The notes: a model not told the origin generated them from the letters alone. A stretch of 64,000 bases of DNA from Fervidobacterium sp. (GCA_049970055.1 JBMFNR010000001.1:32001-96000); one strand, 5' to 3'; numbered from the stretch's first letter, positions 1 through 10,870 are shown. Made by a program: numbers and translations.

Positions 1-138
1 CCCAAAGATTAGGAATAAATAAGATACTTTTCTTTCTCTTTGGGCAAATTTAAAATAAAAAAATAGCATTAAAAATACGGTAACAAAGATGCCAGGTATA
101 GTGAAGAAGGGACCTATTATCTTAAATAAATGGATCAT
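1..138 (-). CDS. 5' part of a membrane protein, possibly YdcF/DUF218-like; runs off the window
   Basis: ATG at 138; frame open to position 1: MIHLFKIIGPFFTIPGIFVTVFLMLFFYFKFAQRERKVSYLFLIFG, a hydrophobic N-terminus. Confidence 0.5.
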   Translation of the reverse strand, partial: MIHLFKIIGPFFTIPGIFVTVFLMLFFYFKFAQRERKVSYLFLIFG

Positions 139-197
139 GTTATTTTTTATTTTTCACCACCAGTTATCGATACACCATAAATATACATAGTTCCAAT

Positions 198-629
198 TTA
201 TTCGGATCTATTTTGAAAGTACTTTTGCAAAGCAACCTCGTCGATAGCTGAACGTTCTCTTCTATCAATTTTCATTCTTTGTATCTCTAAGTATCTATCT
301 TTAAGTTTTTCGAAAGTTTTTCTTTCAGTTCTCTTTTCCAAAAAGCTGTGTAATGTTTGATCTTCCTCACGTTTTAGGTCGTTAAGCTTACTTACCAAAT
401 AATTGATGTAATCATTACTCATCTTAAGAAGGTATAACAAAAAACCAAGTTGTGCGCCATTTTGTGAGCCTGTGCGCAACTGATTTTCAATATCCTTTCT
501 CGATTTTTCTGCCTTTACAATTTCCTCTTCGACTTCTTTTATCAATCTTCTGATTTTGTTCAACTCTTCTTTTAGTGCTTCCTCTTCCTTCTTTCTTAGC
601 GATAAAAGTTTCTCAAGACGAAATGCCAT
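198..629 (-). CDS. fliJ: Flagellar export chaperone FliJ
   Basis: N-terminal FRLEKLL..R, coiled coil, C-terminal E...IDE motif, 143 aa. Confidence 0.8.
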   Translation of the reverse strand: MAFRLEKLLSLRKKEEEALKEELNKIRRLIKEVEEEIVKAEKSRKDIENQLRTGSQNGAQLGFLLYLLKMSNDYINYLVSKLNDLKREEDQTLHSFLEKRTERKTFEKLKDRYLEIQRMKIDRRERSAIDEVALQKYFQNRSE

Positions 630-655
630 CTTTTAACTCTAACTCCTATTTACCT

Positions 656-1876
656 TTATTTGCCTTTGAGAAAAACAGATAATAATTCAACCAGAACTTG
701 CAGTATTTTTTTACTCGACTCGGAGAATGTTTTTCCTTCAAAGTTGTCAAGAGATATTATCACCAACCTCTTTTCACCGATCTTGACACTGCCTATTAAT
801 GGTAGGAAGTTAGGTGATGTAACACCGGATTTTTCCCATACATCCCTATAGAGACTTTCAGCGTTTAGCCTATAGGCCTCACTTAATTCAATTACCTTGT
901 TTTCACCAATAGCTGGCCCATAGTTATCTTCAGCAGCTTTGAGCACGAGCTCCTTTACCTCAGTATCGTAATTGTATACGGCGACACATTTATATATATC
1001 GCCATCAAGAAGCCAAATGGAAGCTTTTTGAGTTTCAGGAACAATCTTTACAAGTTCGTCTAACATTTTTTGCAAGTATTCTTCGAGAGAATTGGTCTTT
1101 TCCCATAATCCTATGAGTCTAATTAAGCTTTCAAAATTTGATACCATATCTTTGTAAACTTTTTGAGCCTCTAAAAATCTCAATGCTGCAAGCACGTGAG
1201 AACTTAAGAATGAAGCAAGAGCTTTAGCAATACTTGTGTACTGTTGAGGAACGTGAATAACGTATTTGTAATTTGCAATAGGTACAACCATGTAATTTTC
1301 TTTTTCAAGCATAAAGCCTTTAATTTCGTCTACACCTTTAACTTTTTCAATGAGTTTTTGATCACTTCTACCTATAACATATTCATTATCTTTAAGCAGT
1401 AATACCGCAATGTGTGGATACTCCGTATAGAATTTTTTGCCCAGCTCTACAGCGAATTTTGTTGGATCTCCTTCTGATAATTCGAGAGATTCAATGATGC
1501 TGTTTTCAACAAAAGATTGCAATTTATACAACGTTTGCTCCAAAATTCTCTCGGTTATGTCAAACATCACACCTGCTACACCATATGAGCCCGTACCTAA
1601 CCTGATAGGCATCCTATGTATGCTATAATGTCTGCCGTTTATGATTTTTTCATGCGTGTAATTTTTTCTTGTTCGCATTACTTTTTTATCAATCTCATCA
1701 ACTTCTTCATCATTTAATATTTCTGATTCAAACTTTCCGATTAACTTTTCTTCCGACAACTGAAGAATATTTTCAAGTTCTTTATTTACCCACATATATC
1801 TACCTTTATTGTCTTTTATGAAAGACGGTGTTGGAAGTCTTTCAAAAAATTGCTGTAAAAAGTATAAGTATCTCAT
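656..1876 (-). CDS. PAS-domain protein with C-terminal GAF-like domain
   Basis: PAS-like N-terminus (FIKDNKGRYMWVN...FDITER); GAF-like C-terminus (ASIWLLDG...ISLDNF...FSESS); no output domain recognised. Confidence 0.7.
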   Translation of the reverse strand: MRYLYFLQQFFERLPTPSFIKDNKGRYMWVNKELENILQLSEEKLIGKFESEILNDEEVDEIDKKVMRTRKNYTHEKIINGRHYSIHRMPIRLGTGSYGVAGVMFDITERILEQTLYKLQSFVENSIIESLELSEGDPTKFAVELGKKFYTEYPHIAVLLLKDNEYVIGRSDQKLIEKVKGVDEIKGFMLEKENYMVVPIANYKYVIHVPQQYTSIAKALASFLSSHVLAALRFLEAQKVYKDMVSNFESLIRLIGLWEKTNSLEEYLQKMLDELVKIVPETQKASIWLLDGDIYKCVAVYNYDTEVKELVLKAAEDNYGPAIGENKVIELSEAYRLNAESLYRDVWEKSGVTSPNFLPLIGSVKIGEKRLVIISLDNFEGKTFSESSKKILQVLVELLSVFLKGK

Positions 1877-4800
1877 GCTGTTATCTCCTCCATCTTAACT
1901 TGCAGTATTTTTGAAATTCCATCTACCATTGTTACACCGTGAACTATATTCCCTGCTTCCATAATAAGTTTGTTGTGTGTAATGACTATGAACTGGGAAC
2001 GTTCTTCTTCAAGGAGCCTTCTAAATTTTTCTGAGTTGTAATCATCAAGAGGTGCATCAACTTCATCAAGTACGTAAAACACACCTTTGTTGACTTCAAG
2101 CATCGCCATAATTAGAGCTATCCCAACGAGAGCTTTTTCACCACCTGATAATAGTTGTAATTTTTGAAGTTTCTTACCTGCTTTTGATATTGTGATTTCT
2201 ATACCTGATTCAAGTATATCGTCTTCATCGATGATACGTATCCCGCCAGTTCCGCCATAAAAGAGCGATTCTATGTAAGATTTGAACGCGTTGTTTATCT
2301 TATGTAAGGTTTTTAAGAATTGCTCGCGTGCTTGAGCATCTGTCTGCTCAATTAATTCTTCAAGTTTCTTTTTGGCATCCTCGAGATCTAACTTTTGTTT
2401 GTAAAGTTCATTGTACTCTTCTTCAACAACTTTATATTCATCTATAGCAGATAAATCAACTGTACCAAGCATTTTGATTTTGTTCTCAATTTCTTTTATT
2501 TCGTTATTTAGTTCGTCTAACCTTTCTGGTAAAACGTCAATTACCAACCTGTATTCTTCCGGTATGTTGGATATCCTGAACCTTATTTCTTGTATTCTCA
2601 TATCTGTTTGATGGATATGTTCTTTTATAGACTCAATTTCTTGCTTTTGGTCTCTTATTTGCTCTTCAAGTTTTTGCAACTGCTGAAGTTTTTTTTCTTT
2701 ACCAGATTTCTTATCTCTTATACCTGCGAATAGATCTTGAGATGTACTTCTTAGTGTTTCAAGCTCACGGTTGTTTTCAATTAAGAATTTCTTTGTTTCA
2801 TCGATTTCTTCCTCTAATTTCTTCATGGTGGATTTTAAATTACCAAGTTCAGTACTTATTTCACTAAGTCTTGAGTTTATTCTATCACTTTCTGCACTAT
2901 ACTGTATTTTTCTTTCAAGTAGGTTCTTAACCTCTGCCCGGTATGTTGCAATAGCTTCGTTCAATTGTTCTAATTTTTTTCTGTGTTCGTCAAGTTCTTT
3001 GGAGAATTCAATTACATTTGTTTGCAAAATTTTTCTCTTTTCTTCAAAGTCTTTTACCTGCACTTCAAGTTGCTCAATTCTTGCACTGTTGCCTTCGTAT
3101 TTTGCGTTGTATTCAGCTTCAAGTTTGACAAGATCGTTGAGTTCATTTGTAATTTCTTTCAGAGCTTTTTGGAGTTCTTCTAAAACCCTCTTCGATGATA
3201 AAGACTTACTTGAAACAGTTGCGAGCTCTTCTCTTACAATACTCACGTTATTTTGTAGTTGTTTGAGCTCGTTGTCTATTTTGGAGATAGCGTTTTCTGT
3301 ATCATTTCTTTGGGAATTAATTTTTACCATGTCCTCTTCCAAGATTTTCAATCTTACACGCCTTGAAATAATCGAATTGGCTTCTTCTTTTGACTTGCCA
3401 CCACTCATCGCACCTTTTCCAGAAATTAATTCACCATCGAGAGTGACTATCCGTGAACGGATATTGTACTTTCTTTTGATATCTATTGCATAATCGATAT
3501 TCTTTACTATTATATCGTTACCAAAAAGATAATACGAAAGTGCTTTATATTCCTTTGGGACAGTAACAAGATGGGCAGCATAACCGACGAATCCTTCCTC
3601 TTTTTCTATGCCGTTTATAGGTGAGAACGATGAGTCGATCAAGTCTAAAGGTATGAAAGTTGCTCTTCCATATTCACCACTTTTTAAAAATTCTATTATT
3701 TGCTTACTGTCTTCAGCAGTCTTAACAACAATGTGTTGAGCTGCACCACCAAGTAACGTTTCGTAAGCTACCGAAAACGATTTGTCGAAGTCTATTAAGT
3801 TTGCAACAACGTCTATCAAGCCGTTAAAGATGTCTTTGTTTTCAAATATTTTTCTAATTGAATAACCAAAGCCCTGATACTCCGATATTTGACGCCTTAT
3901 AACATCAATTTCAGCCTTTATTTCCTTCTCGTGTTTCATCAAATTATCTAACTCGCGCATTTTTTGAGCTTTTTGTCTATTGTATTCCTCAATAGACGTC
4001 TTAATTTCCTCAAGTTCTTTAACAAGCTCATTTTCTTTTTCTATTATCTCAAGTAAATGCTTTTCCAGATCGTTTATTTCTTCTTCTAATTCCGTCTTCC
4101 TTGATTCTTTGTTACTTCTCTGGTTTTGAATCATTTCAAGACGATGTTTTATATCTTGATTGTTTTCGGTTAAGCGTATGATTTCGTTGTGGATTTTAAG
4201 AATGTTCTTCTCTATCTCTTCGTATTCCTGTTTCTTCTTCAAAATTTCTTTCTCTTGCTCGGTGTACTGCGTATAAATTTCGGATTTTTCATTTTCGAGC
4301 TTTGAGAGAATTCTCTCTTTTTCGTTTAGTTCTTCCAAAATTTTTGCAACGATAAATTTTATTTCTTCATTCCTATTTTTTAGTGATACTGTTTCGTCAT
4401 TTAGCATATCGATACGTGTTGACACTTCTATGAATTTACTTTCGAGTTCACTTAGTTTTTTTGTAAACTTCTCTCTTATTTCAAGTAATTGGTTTTCCCT
4501 CGTTTTGAATTCCTCAAGCGTTTTTGTGTAACTTTCCATTTCTACGTCAATTTGATTGAACTCATCGCGAAGTGTTGACCAGTCTGTCTCAAGCTTAGCT
4601 AAAGTTCTTAGATGTTCCTTGAGACTTATAGTCAATTCATTGTAGTAGATTTCCATATCCGCAAGTCTTTGTGTTTCAACTTTGTATAATCCACCAAAGT
4701 ATTCTTTCTTTAGTTCTTCAAGTTGTTGTGAATACTCAACAAACCTCTCTGCACGCTTAGCTTTTAAGTACAGTGATTTTCTATTTTTATCAACTTCAAA

Positions 4801-5364
4801 GAGCAAGTCACCAATCCTATTAAGATTCATCTGAGTTGCATCTAATTTTGCAAGGGCTTCTTTCTTTTTTTCCCTGTAAATACCGATACCTGCGATTTCT
4901 TCGATCATAGTTCTGAGGTTTTCAGGTGTTGATGAAACTATCTTATCTATCTGCCCTTGCCCTATTATTGAATAAGGATTTTTTCCGTATCCATGTTGCA
5001 TAAGGAAATCGCGGATATCTTTAAGTCTTACAACATCACCATTCAGTAAATACCTACTTGTGCCGTCGCGCGATAGTTCACGAGCTATAGAAATTCGGTC
5101 ACTACCGTTTTCAAAAACGAGTTCAACATAAGCACTTTGTGCTGGTGGACGTTTTTCATTACCCCAAAAAACAACATCATCTCTTTCTTGGGCTCTTATT
5201 TCTTTCATGGATTGTTCGCCAAGCACCCATCTTATTGCATCAACAATGTTAGATTTACCAGACCCGTTTGGACCTACTATGACTGTAACTCTGTTCGAAA
5301 ATTCCAGCTTCACTGGATCAACAAATGATTTAAATCCTTTGATGAATATCTCCCTTAGCGTCAA
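1873..5364 (-). CDS. smc: Chromosome segregation protein SMC
   Basis: Walker A GPNGSGKS, long coiled coils, hinge GRATFIPL, signature LSGGEK, Walker B YVLDEVD. Confidence 0.97.
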   Translation of the reverse strand: MTLREIFIKGFKSFVDPVKLEFSNRVTVIVGPNGSGKSNIVDAIRWVLGEQSMKEIRAQERDDVVFWGNEKRPPAQSAYVELVFENGSDRISIARELSRDGTSRYLLNGDVVRLKDIRDFLMQHGYGKNPYSIIGQGQIDKIVSSTPENLRTMIEEIAGIGIYREKKKEALAKLDATQMNLNRIGDLLFEVDKNRKSLYLKAKRAERFVEYSQQLEELKKEYFGGLYKVETQRLADMEIYYNELTISLKEHLRTLAKLETDWSTLRDEFNQIDVEMESYTKTLEEFKTRENQLLEIREKFTKKLSELESKFIEVSTRIDMLNDETVSLKNRNEEIKFIVAKILEELNEKERILSKLENEKSEIYTQYTEQEKEILKKKQEYEEIEKNILKIHNEIIRLTENNQDIKHRLEMIQNQRSNKESRKTELEEEINDLEKHLLEIIEKENELVKELEEIKTSIEEYNRQKAQKMRELDNLMKHEKEIKAEIDVIRRQISEYQGFGYSIRKIFENKDIFNGLIDVVANLIDFDKSFSVAYETLLGGAAQHIVVKTAEDSKQIIEFLKSGEYGRATFIPLDLIDSSFSPINGIEKEEGFVGYAAHLVTVPKEYKALSYYLFGNDIIVKNIDYAIDIKRKYNIRSRIVTLDGELISGKGAMSGGKSKEEANSIISRRVRLKILEEDMVKINSQRNDTENAISKIDNELKQLQNNVSIVREELATVSSKSLSSKRVLEELQKALKEITNELNDLVKLEAEYNAKYEGNSARIEQLEVQVKDFEEKRKILQTNVIEFSKELDEHRKKLEQLNEAIATYRAEVKNLLERKIQYSAESDRINSRLSEISTELGNLKSTMKKLEEEIDETKKFLIENNRELETLRSTSQDLFAGIRDKKSGKEKKLQQLQKLEEQIRDQKQEIESIKEHIHQTDMRIQEIRFRISNIPEEYRLVIDVLPERLDELNNEIKEIENKIKMLGTVDLSAIDEYKVVEEEYNELYKQKLDLEDAKKKLEELIEQTDAQAREQFLKTLHKINNAFKSYIESLFYGGTGGIRIIDEDDILESGIEITISKAGKKLQKLQLLSGGEKALVGIALIMAMLEVNKGVFYVLDEVDAPLDDYNSEKFRRLLEEERSQFIVITHNKLIMEAGNIVHGVTMVDGISKILQVKMEEITA

Positions 5365-5392
5365 TAAATCTTTCCCCCTCGAGTTTCTAGAT

Positions 5393-6709
5393 TTACTTAA
5401 TTGATTTCACAATTTCTTGAGATACATTGTAAATATCTCCAGCGCCGACAAACATATAGACTGTGTTGTCTTTAAGGGGTATTTTCTTTATGTCTTGTAC
5501 ATTCTCCAGAAAAACAGCTTTTGCTATTTCCTTTACTATGTGCCTTGCAGTGACACCGTTCTTTGTCTCAAAGGCGCCATAGACTTCTGTTATGTAAATC
5601 TCATCTGCACTCTGCAGTGCCGTTTTAAATCGCTCGGCTTCCCTTTTAAATCGTGTGTACCTATGCGGTTGGAAGATTAAAACTATTTTTCTGTCTGGAT
5701 AAACTTCCTTTGCTGTCTTCAATAAAACTTCGATTTCATCGGCCGTATGAGCGTAATCGTCGACTACTGTTATATGTCTTTCACTGTTTTCATAGCTCAC
5801 ATTAAATCGTCGACCGGGTAGTGTAAAATCTTCGAAGGAATCAAGAACTTCGCTTATGTTGTAACCTATACTCGTAAGTAATGAGATCACAGCTAATGCG
5901 TTCAATGCGTTGTGATAACCGGGTACCGGTAAGAAAAACTTCTTTTCCCCGTAAGGTGTTAGGATATTAACAGTTTGGAAGAATCCATTTTGTTTTCTTT
6001 CGACTAACTTGAAATCACCTGAGTAAACACCGAAAGTTACACTTCCTTTGAACTTCTTTTCATCTGCGAATGTGACAACAAATTTAGAATTTTTAATGAG
6101 TGTTTCAAAGCTTTGGTAGTAATGCTCTAAACTTCTGTAATTCTCTATATGATCTTCTCTAATATTTGTTATGATAAGGTACTCAGGCTCGAACAATTCG
6201 AAACCTGGCTGACTTTCGTCAAGTTCGTAAACTACATTGTCGCTCTTGCCATGTCTGTAATTCCCATGTTCAAGTTTGCTATGTAGGGCTCCAAGGAACA
6301 CATATGGATCTGCACATAAATTAATCAAGCAACTTGCTAACATAGAAGTCGTGGTTGATTTACCATCTGTACCCGTTACCGCAAACCCCTTGAATGGTTT
6401 AACAATTCTTCTGAAGTGATCTATTCTATTTGTTATGGGAATTCCTAACTCACTTGATTTTAGGAATTCTGGGTTGTCTTTGGATATAGCAGGCGTAATT
6501 ATGACCTCGTCTACATTTTCAACATTCGATGCTTCGTGAGAATTGTAAATCTTAATTCCCAAACTCTCGAGGTACTTTGTTCTCTCTGAACTGTACGGAT
6601 CACTACCTGAAACAACGTGTCCATTAAAATGTTCGTGCATTGCCTGAGCGCTCATACCAATTCCGCCAACACCTATAAAGTGGATCCTTTTTGCTTTGTT
6701 TTCATTCAT
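5393..6709 (-). CDS. murC: UDP-N-acetylmuramate--L-alanine ligase
   Basis: IHFIGVGGIGMSA, GTDGKSTTT, DDYAH, FQPHRYTR. Confidence 0.95.
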   Translation of the reverse strand: MNENKAKRIHFIGVGGIGMSAQAMHEHFNGHVVSGSDPYSSERTKYLESLGIKIYNSHEASNVENVDEVIITPAISKDNPEFLKSSELGIPITNRIDHFRRIVKPFKGFAVTGTDGKSTTTSMLASCLINLCADPYVFLGALHSKLEHGNYRHGKSDNVVYELDESQPGFELFEPEYLIITNIREDHIENYRSLEHYYQSFETLIKNSKFVVTFADEKKFKGSVTFGVYSGDFKLVERKQNGFFQTVNILTPYGEKKFFLPVPGYHNALNALAVISLLTSIGYNISEVLDSFEDFTLPGRRFNVSYENSERHITVVDDYAHTADEIEVLLKTAKEVYPDRKIVLIFQPHRYTRFKREAERFKTALQSADEIYITEVYGAFETKNGVTARHIVKEIAKAVFLENVQDIKKIPLKDNTVYMFVGAGDIYNVSQEIVKSIK

Positions 6710-6739
6710 CCGCTTTACACTCCTTTTTCAAGTCTAAAA

Positions 6740-7768
6740 CTAAATGTTAAGTACCTCTGCTATAGAATCGACAATTTTTATCGCAGGATTAATCCGTTCC
6801 TCGAATTTCCTGCCATTATTTATTAGCATTCTCAAATTCTCTATGAATTTCTCTTTTTCGTAATCTTTTTCCCTAATCATAACACCGAGTCCTTCTTTTT
6901 CTATTATTCCTGCGTTTGTTATTTGATGAGCTTCGGTTGAACCCTCCCAAGGAATCACAATGGCAGGGACGTTAAAGTAAATCAACTCGGATATAGTAGT
7001 TGCTCCGCCTCTCGTGATGGCTGCGTCAACAGATCTCCAATAAGCGTACATGTTATCAATGTAATCTTTAATTTCGACATTTTTGGGTATAGCTTGCTTT
7101 AACTTTCTACCACCAGTTGAAAGAATAAAATGTACATTTGGCATCAGCTGTGCAATTTCTAATGTAATATTGTTTAAGAATTCACTTCCTCCACTGCCAC
7201 CAATAACAATTACAGACGGATGAACAAGTTCAATCTTTCCATCGCGAGTCCATATTGGATTACCAACAACCTCAATTTTGTTCAAAACATTTTTCGGGAA
7301 TCTTCCAACGGCTTCCTCAAAGGCTAGATAAACACGTTTTGCAAATTTTGAGATGGCTATATTCGCTTTACCAGGCAATGTATTTTGTTCTTGAACGAAA
7401 ACGGGTATTCCAAGTTTATCGGCGGCTTTGGCAACTGGGTAGCTAATGTAACCACCTGATACGTATACAAAATCTGGGGAGAATTTTTTTAATTCGTTTT
7501 CTATATCTTTGGAATTTCTAAGCAAAGTTAAATAGCGTAAAACATTCTCTGGATGAAAAATAGGTCTTTTTAATCCTTTCACACTTATTGAATATCTTTG
7601 GAACTCCGGATGTACAACTGGAAGTAATCTTTCTTCAATTTTACCACTAACGCAAAAATATAAAACTTCAGTACTGTACCTTTTCTGAAACTCTTCTAAA
7701 ACAGCTATGTTTGGATAAAGATGTCCACCCGTAACACCACCAGCTGCAGCTATTCTCAACGTTTTCAA
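6740..7768 (-). CDS. murG: Lipid I N-acetylglucosaminyltransferase
   Basis: GGVTGGHLYP, QEQN.LPG.AN, GGSGGS; lies between ftsW and murC. Confidence 0.93.
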   Translation of the reverse strand: MKTLRIAAAGGVTGGHLYPNIAVLEEFQKRYSTEVLYFCVSGKIEERLLPVVHPEFQRYSISVKGLKRPIFHPENVLRYLTLLRNSKDIENELKKFSPDFVYVSGGYISYPVAKAADKLGIPVFVQEQNTLPGKANIAISKFAKRVYLAFEEAVGRFPKNVLNKIEVVGNPIWTRDGKIELVHPSVIVIGGSGGSEFLNNITLEIAQLMPNVHFILSTGGRKLKQAIPKNVEIKDYIDNMYAYWRSVDAAITRGGATTISELIYFNVPAIVIPWEGSTEAHQITNAGIIEKEGLGVMIREKDYEKEKFIENLRMLINNGRKFEERINPAIKIVDSIAEVLNI

Positions 7769-7783
7769 TTTTTTTCCTCTCCT

Positions 7784-8872
7784 TTAAATTTCTTCTTTTT
7801 GCTCTTCTTGCTCTCTACTGCTTAATCCTGACATGATTATTCCAAAACCTATCAACAACGCTAAAATTGAGCTCCCTCCCGTACTAACAAATGGAAGTGG
7901 GACACCTGTTACAGGTAGAAAGCCTGAAAAGACACCAAAGTTAATAGTAACATGTAGCATTATCAGTGTAGCATACGACCATGTAAAAACCCTAACAGCA
8001 ATATTTTCTACATAATTTGCAACTTTCATAAGTGCGTAAGTCAGAAAAACGTACATCACACTAACAAGAAGAATGCCAAAAAATCCCAGATCTTCACCTA
8101 TCACTGCAAGAACAAAGTCGCTTTCGGCTTCAGGAACATAGACTTTCAGCCATCCATTGCCTATCCCAAGGCCAGTTGCACCGGAATTTTTGAGTGTCTT
8201 TAGCGCTATATCAACTTGCGGTGCTGTTGTTCCACCGAAAAAATACCTTAGCCTACCCAGTTGGTACGAATGCAAAAAGCCAAGAGATGATGCAACTATT
8301 ATGAGAGCAAAAATAAGCACAAAAGAGATAAGAAAATAAAGTGATTTTGTGCCACCATAGTATATGGTTGCTATCGCAATCACGAATGTCAATAAAGCTG
8401 TACTTAAATTAGGCTCAACAAAAATCAAAGCTGCGTATAGGCTAGCATACAAAATCGGTATTAGAAAACCTTTCAAAAGTGTATTCATTTCCCTTGAATT
8501 ATTTTTAACATAAATTGAAAGAAATAGAATCAAGATAATCTTTGCAAACTCTGATGATTGAAAGGTGAAACTACCTAAGCTAATCCATCTATGAACTCCG
8601 TTGACTGATGGGAAAGCAAAGACAGCTATCAATAGCAAAATACCAGATATATAAATCCATATTGCATAACGTTCGTAAAAAGAGAATGGTATATTCATTG
8701 TTACATAAAAGGCTATAAGGCCAACTGATATATTGACAACATGTTTAAGAAAAAAATTACTCGGTGTTCCAAGCACCTGTTCCTTTGCTATATCAAGGCT
8801 GTACATTGCAATGGCTCCAATAACAAATAGGATAAGGTAAGTGATGATAATAATTGCTACTTCTCGTCTCAT
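7784..8872 (-). CDS. ftsW: SEDS family peptidoglycan polymerase FtsW/RodA
   Basis: RWI.LG..FQ.SEFAK, PEAESDF, LPVTGVPLPFVS.GGSS; ATG 8872 overlaps the hemW stop. Confidence 0.9.
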   Translation of the reverse strand: MRREVAIIIITYLILFVIGAIAMYSLDIAKEQVLGTPSNFFLKHVVNISVGLIAFYVTMNIPFSFYERYAIWIYISGILLLIAVFAFPSVNGVHRWISLGSFTFQSSEFAKIILILFLSIYVKNNSREMNTLLKGFLIPILYASLYAALIFVEPNLSTALLTFVIAIATIYYGGTKSLYFLISFVLIFALIIVASSLGFLHSYQLGRLRYFFGGTTAPQVDIALKTLKNSGATGLGIGNGWLKVYVPEAESDFVLAVIGEDLGFFGILLVSVMYVFLTYALMKVANYVENIAVRVFTWSYATLIMLHVTINFGVFSGFLPVTGVPLPFVSTGGSSILALLIGFGIIMSGLSSREQEEQKEEI

Positions 8873-9990
8873 CCAAAATATTCCTCCCAAATGTTTAGTA
8901 ACGTTACAAAGAAGAGATTGCTAAAATCCATCCCTTGATCTGAGAGTTTTACACCATCGAAGAAATTAAATCTATTTTTCAATGCTTCTAAAACATCCGT
9001 AATATCAACGTTGGTTTTCTTTTTAATGATTTCTCTGTCTACTCCCCATTTTGTTCGTAGGTTCATAAATAGACTTTCTAATGCCTCTCTCTCGGGAGTA
9101 TTAATCGATTCATAATATCTCGGAAACTTTCCTTCGGATATCTTTATAAAGTAATCCGAGAATGTTTCGCAATTATTATACCGTAAAAAACCTATATGAC
9201 CACCAGCAGATATTCCTAAACCGATGTAATCATCATTTCGCCAATATTTCAAATTATGTTTGCAATACTTCCCATTTATAGTGAAGTTAGAAATTTCGTA
9301 GCGTTCGTACCCAAAACCTTTTATCGCTCTCAAAAATTCATCATATCTTTGGAAGGTTTGTTCGTCAGGCTTCTTCAACAAATTGTTATCCTTGCCATCG
9401 TGAATTTCAAGCATGTAAATGGATATATGATCCGGTAGAAAATCACTTATGAACTGTACATTTTCCTGTATCGTTTTCCAACTTTCTCCTGGTAGACCAA
9501 CGATGAAGTCGATATTTACATTATCAAAATACCTTCTGGCTATATCAAATTTTCTTATGAATAAATCAAAATCGTACAGTCTCCCTGATTTTTTTAAAAC
9601 GATATCATCTGCACTCTGTAGTCCCATACTTAATCTGTTAATTCCTAAACTTTTGTAAAAGGCTGCAAGTTCTTTGCTAAAACTTTCTGGATTGACTTCT
9701 ATAGTTATCTCTTCAAGATGTGGAGAGTAAACGTTCAATTTTTCAAAGATTTTCGTAAGTAGCTTTTCAGGAAATATGCTAGGTGTTCCACCACCGATAT
9801 AAAGTGTATCAAACCCATTATTCAAGTATCCATTGTAAAGGTCTATTTCTTTCAAAAGGTATTCTGCATACTCTTCAAAGTTGTTCTCCAGATAGCTTGT
9901 AAAATCACAATAGATACATTTCTTTCTGCAAAAAGGAATATGAATATACACACCTAACTTTTCTTTTTGAGGCTTTTCCAACATTTTCAT
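8869..9990 (-). CDS. hemW: Radical SAM heme chaperone HemW (HemN-like)
   Basis: YIHIPFCRKKCIYCDF, GGGTPS, YEISNF, HNLKYW. Confidence 0.9.
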   Translation of the reverse strand: MKMLEKPQKEKLGVYIHIPFCRKKCIYCDFTSYLENNFEEYAEYLLKEIDLYNGYLNNGFDTLYIGGGTPSIFPEKLLTKIFEKLNVYSPHLEEITIEVNPESFSKELAAFYKSLGINRLSMGLQSADDIVLKKSGRLYDFDLFIRKFDIARRYFDNVNIDFIVGLPGESWKTIQENVQFISDFLPDHISIYMLEIHDGKDNNLLKKPDEQTFQRYDEFLRAIKGFGYERYEISNFTINGKYCKHNLKYWRNDDYIGLGISAGGHIGFLRYNNCETFSDYFIKISEGKFPRYYESINTPEREALESLFMNLRTKWGVDREIIKKKTNVDITDVLEALKNRFNFFDGVKLSDQGMDFSNLFFVTLLNIWEEYFG

Positions 9991-10003
9991 CCCTCAGGAT
10001 TTT

Positions 10004-10840
10004 TCAATCTTTTGTAAATTTAATTTTGAAGTATCCAATGTTGTTTTGAATGATTAAATCACCTTGGACGGGAGACAAAAATCTGAACCAAATACCGTAC
10101 TTGACATTTTCCGAAGAGGGAACGTATGTACCGTACGCTGAAAAGAAAAATCTAAAGTCCCACAAATCGACAAATATCCTACCGCCAAGTACTCCAACAA
10201 GCCGGTTCTCATCGAAGTCCCAACCTATGTTTGCTGTTGCACCTTGTTCCAACGACTTGTCGCCGAAGACGAAAAAGCCAAGAGAATAAATGTTTCCAAG
10301 TTGCAGAAAGCTAAGTTGGAGAGAATCGACAGTAGCGAATCCTCTTTTTATGTTTATTTTAACGCTATCATCGTTGAGCTTTTGCAAGGAAAATCCCTCA
10401 TAGTTAAATGAGAAAGGCCCCACCGCGCTTTCACCGATAGGGATGGCGGGAATGGAAAGCCAAGTTTTTGAATAATCAGTTTGCAAAACCTGTGTCGAAG
10501 AGATATAGTATGTTCTCTCAAATCCTGTTGCTGGAATGGAATAACTTTCATAACCGATTGAAAGGGCGACACCATACGATTGGCCAACAAAAGCTAAAAA
10601 ATTAAAATAACTTTTATCAATAGTTCTTTTCATCGTCACAAATCCAAGTTTGTACATATCGCTTCTCGTTTGCTCATCGAACAACCTTAACCCAACCGCA
10701 TATTTTTGATTTTCGGCAACAACTGAGAAGTTCCAGATGCTTAAAGAAAAAGAATTGTAAATTGCCTGAGCTTCCGGTGTAATTTCTGCGATTAGAAGGA
10801 AGGGTAGTGCTAAAGTTAGTAAAACTATAAATTTGCGCAT
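10004..10840 (-). CDS. Secreted hypothetical protein, possibly an outer-membrane beta-barrel
   Basis: Signal peptide MRKFIVLLTLALPFLLIA; aromatic/Gly-rich alternating strands. Confidence 0.6.
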   Translation of the reverse strand: MRKFIVLLTLALPFLLIAEITPEAQAIYNSFSLSIWNFSVVAENQKYAVGLRLFDEQTRSDMYKLGFVTMKRTIDKSYFNFLAFVGQSYGVALSIGYESYSIPATGFERTYYISSTQVLQTDYSKTWLSIPAIPIGESAVGPFSFNYEGFSLQKLNDDSVKINIKRGFATVDSLQLSFLQLGNIYSLGFFVFGDKSLEQGATANIGWDFDENRLVGVLGGRIFVDLWDFRFFFSAYGTYVPSSENVKYGIWFRFLSPVQGDLIIQNNIGYFKIKFTKD

Positions 10841-10870
10841 AAAATCTCCCCCTTAAAATCTTTATTGACT

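Noticed and set aside
2771..3493. 240-aa plus-strand ORF and the many other antisense ORFs in the track
   Set aside because: They are shadows of strongly supported genes on the opposite strand, with no motifs or SD.
1873..5364. SMC as a Wadjet or other defence ATPase
   Set aside because: It has a canonical hinge and a housekeeping context, with no jetABD-like neighbours.
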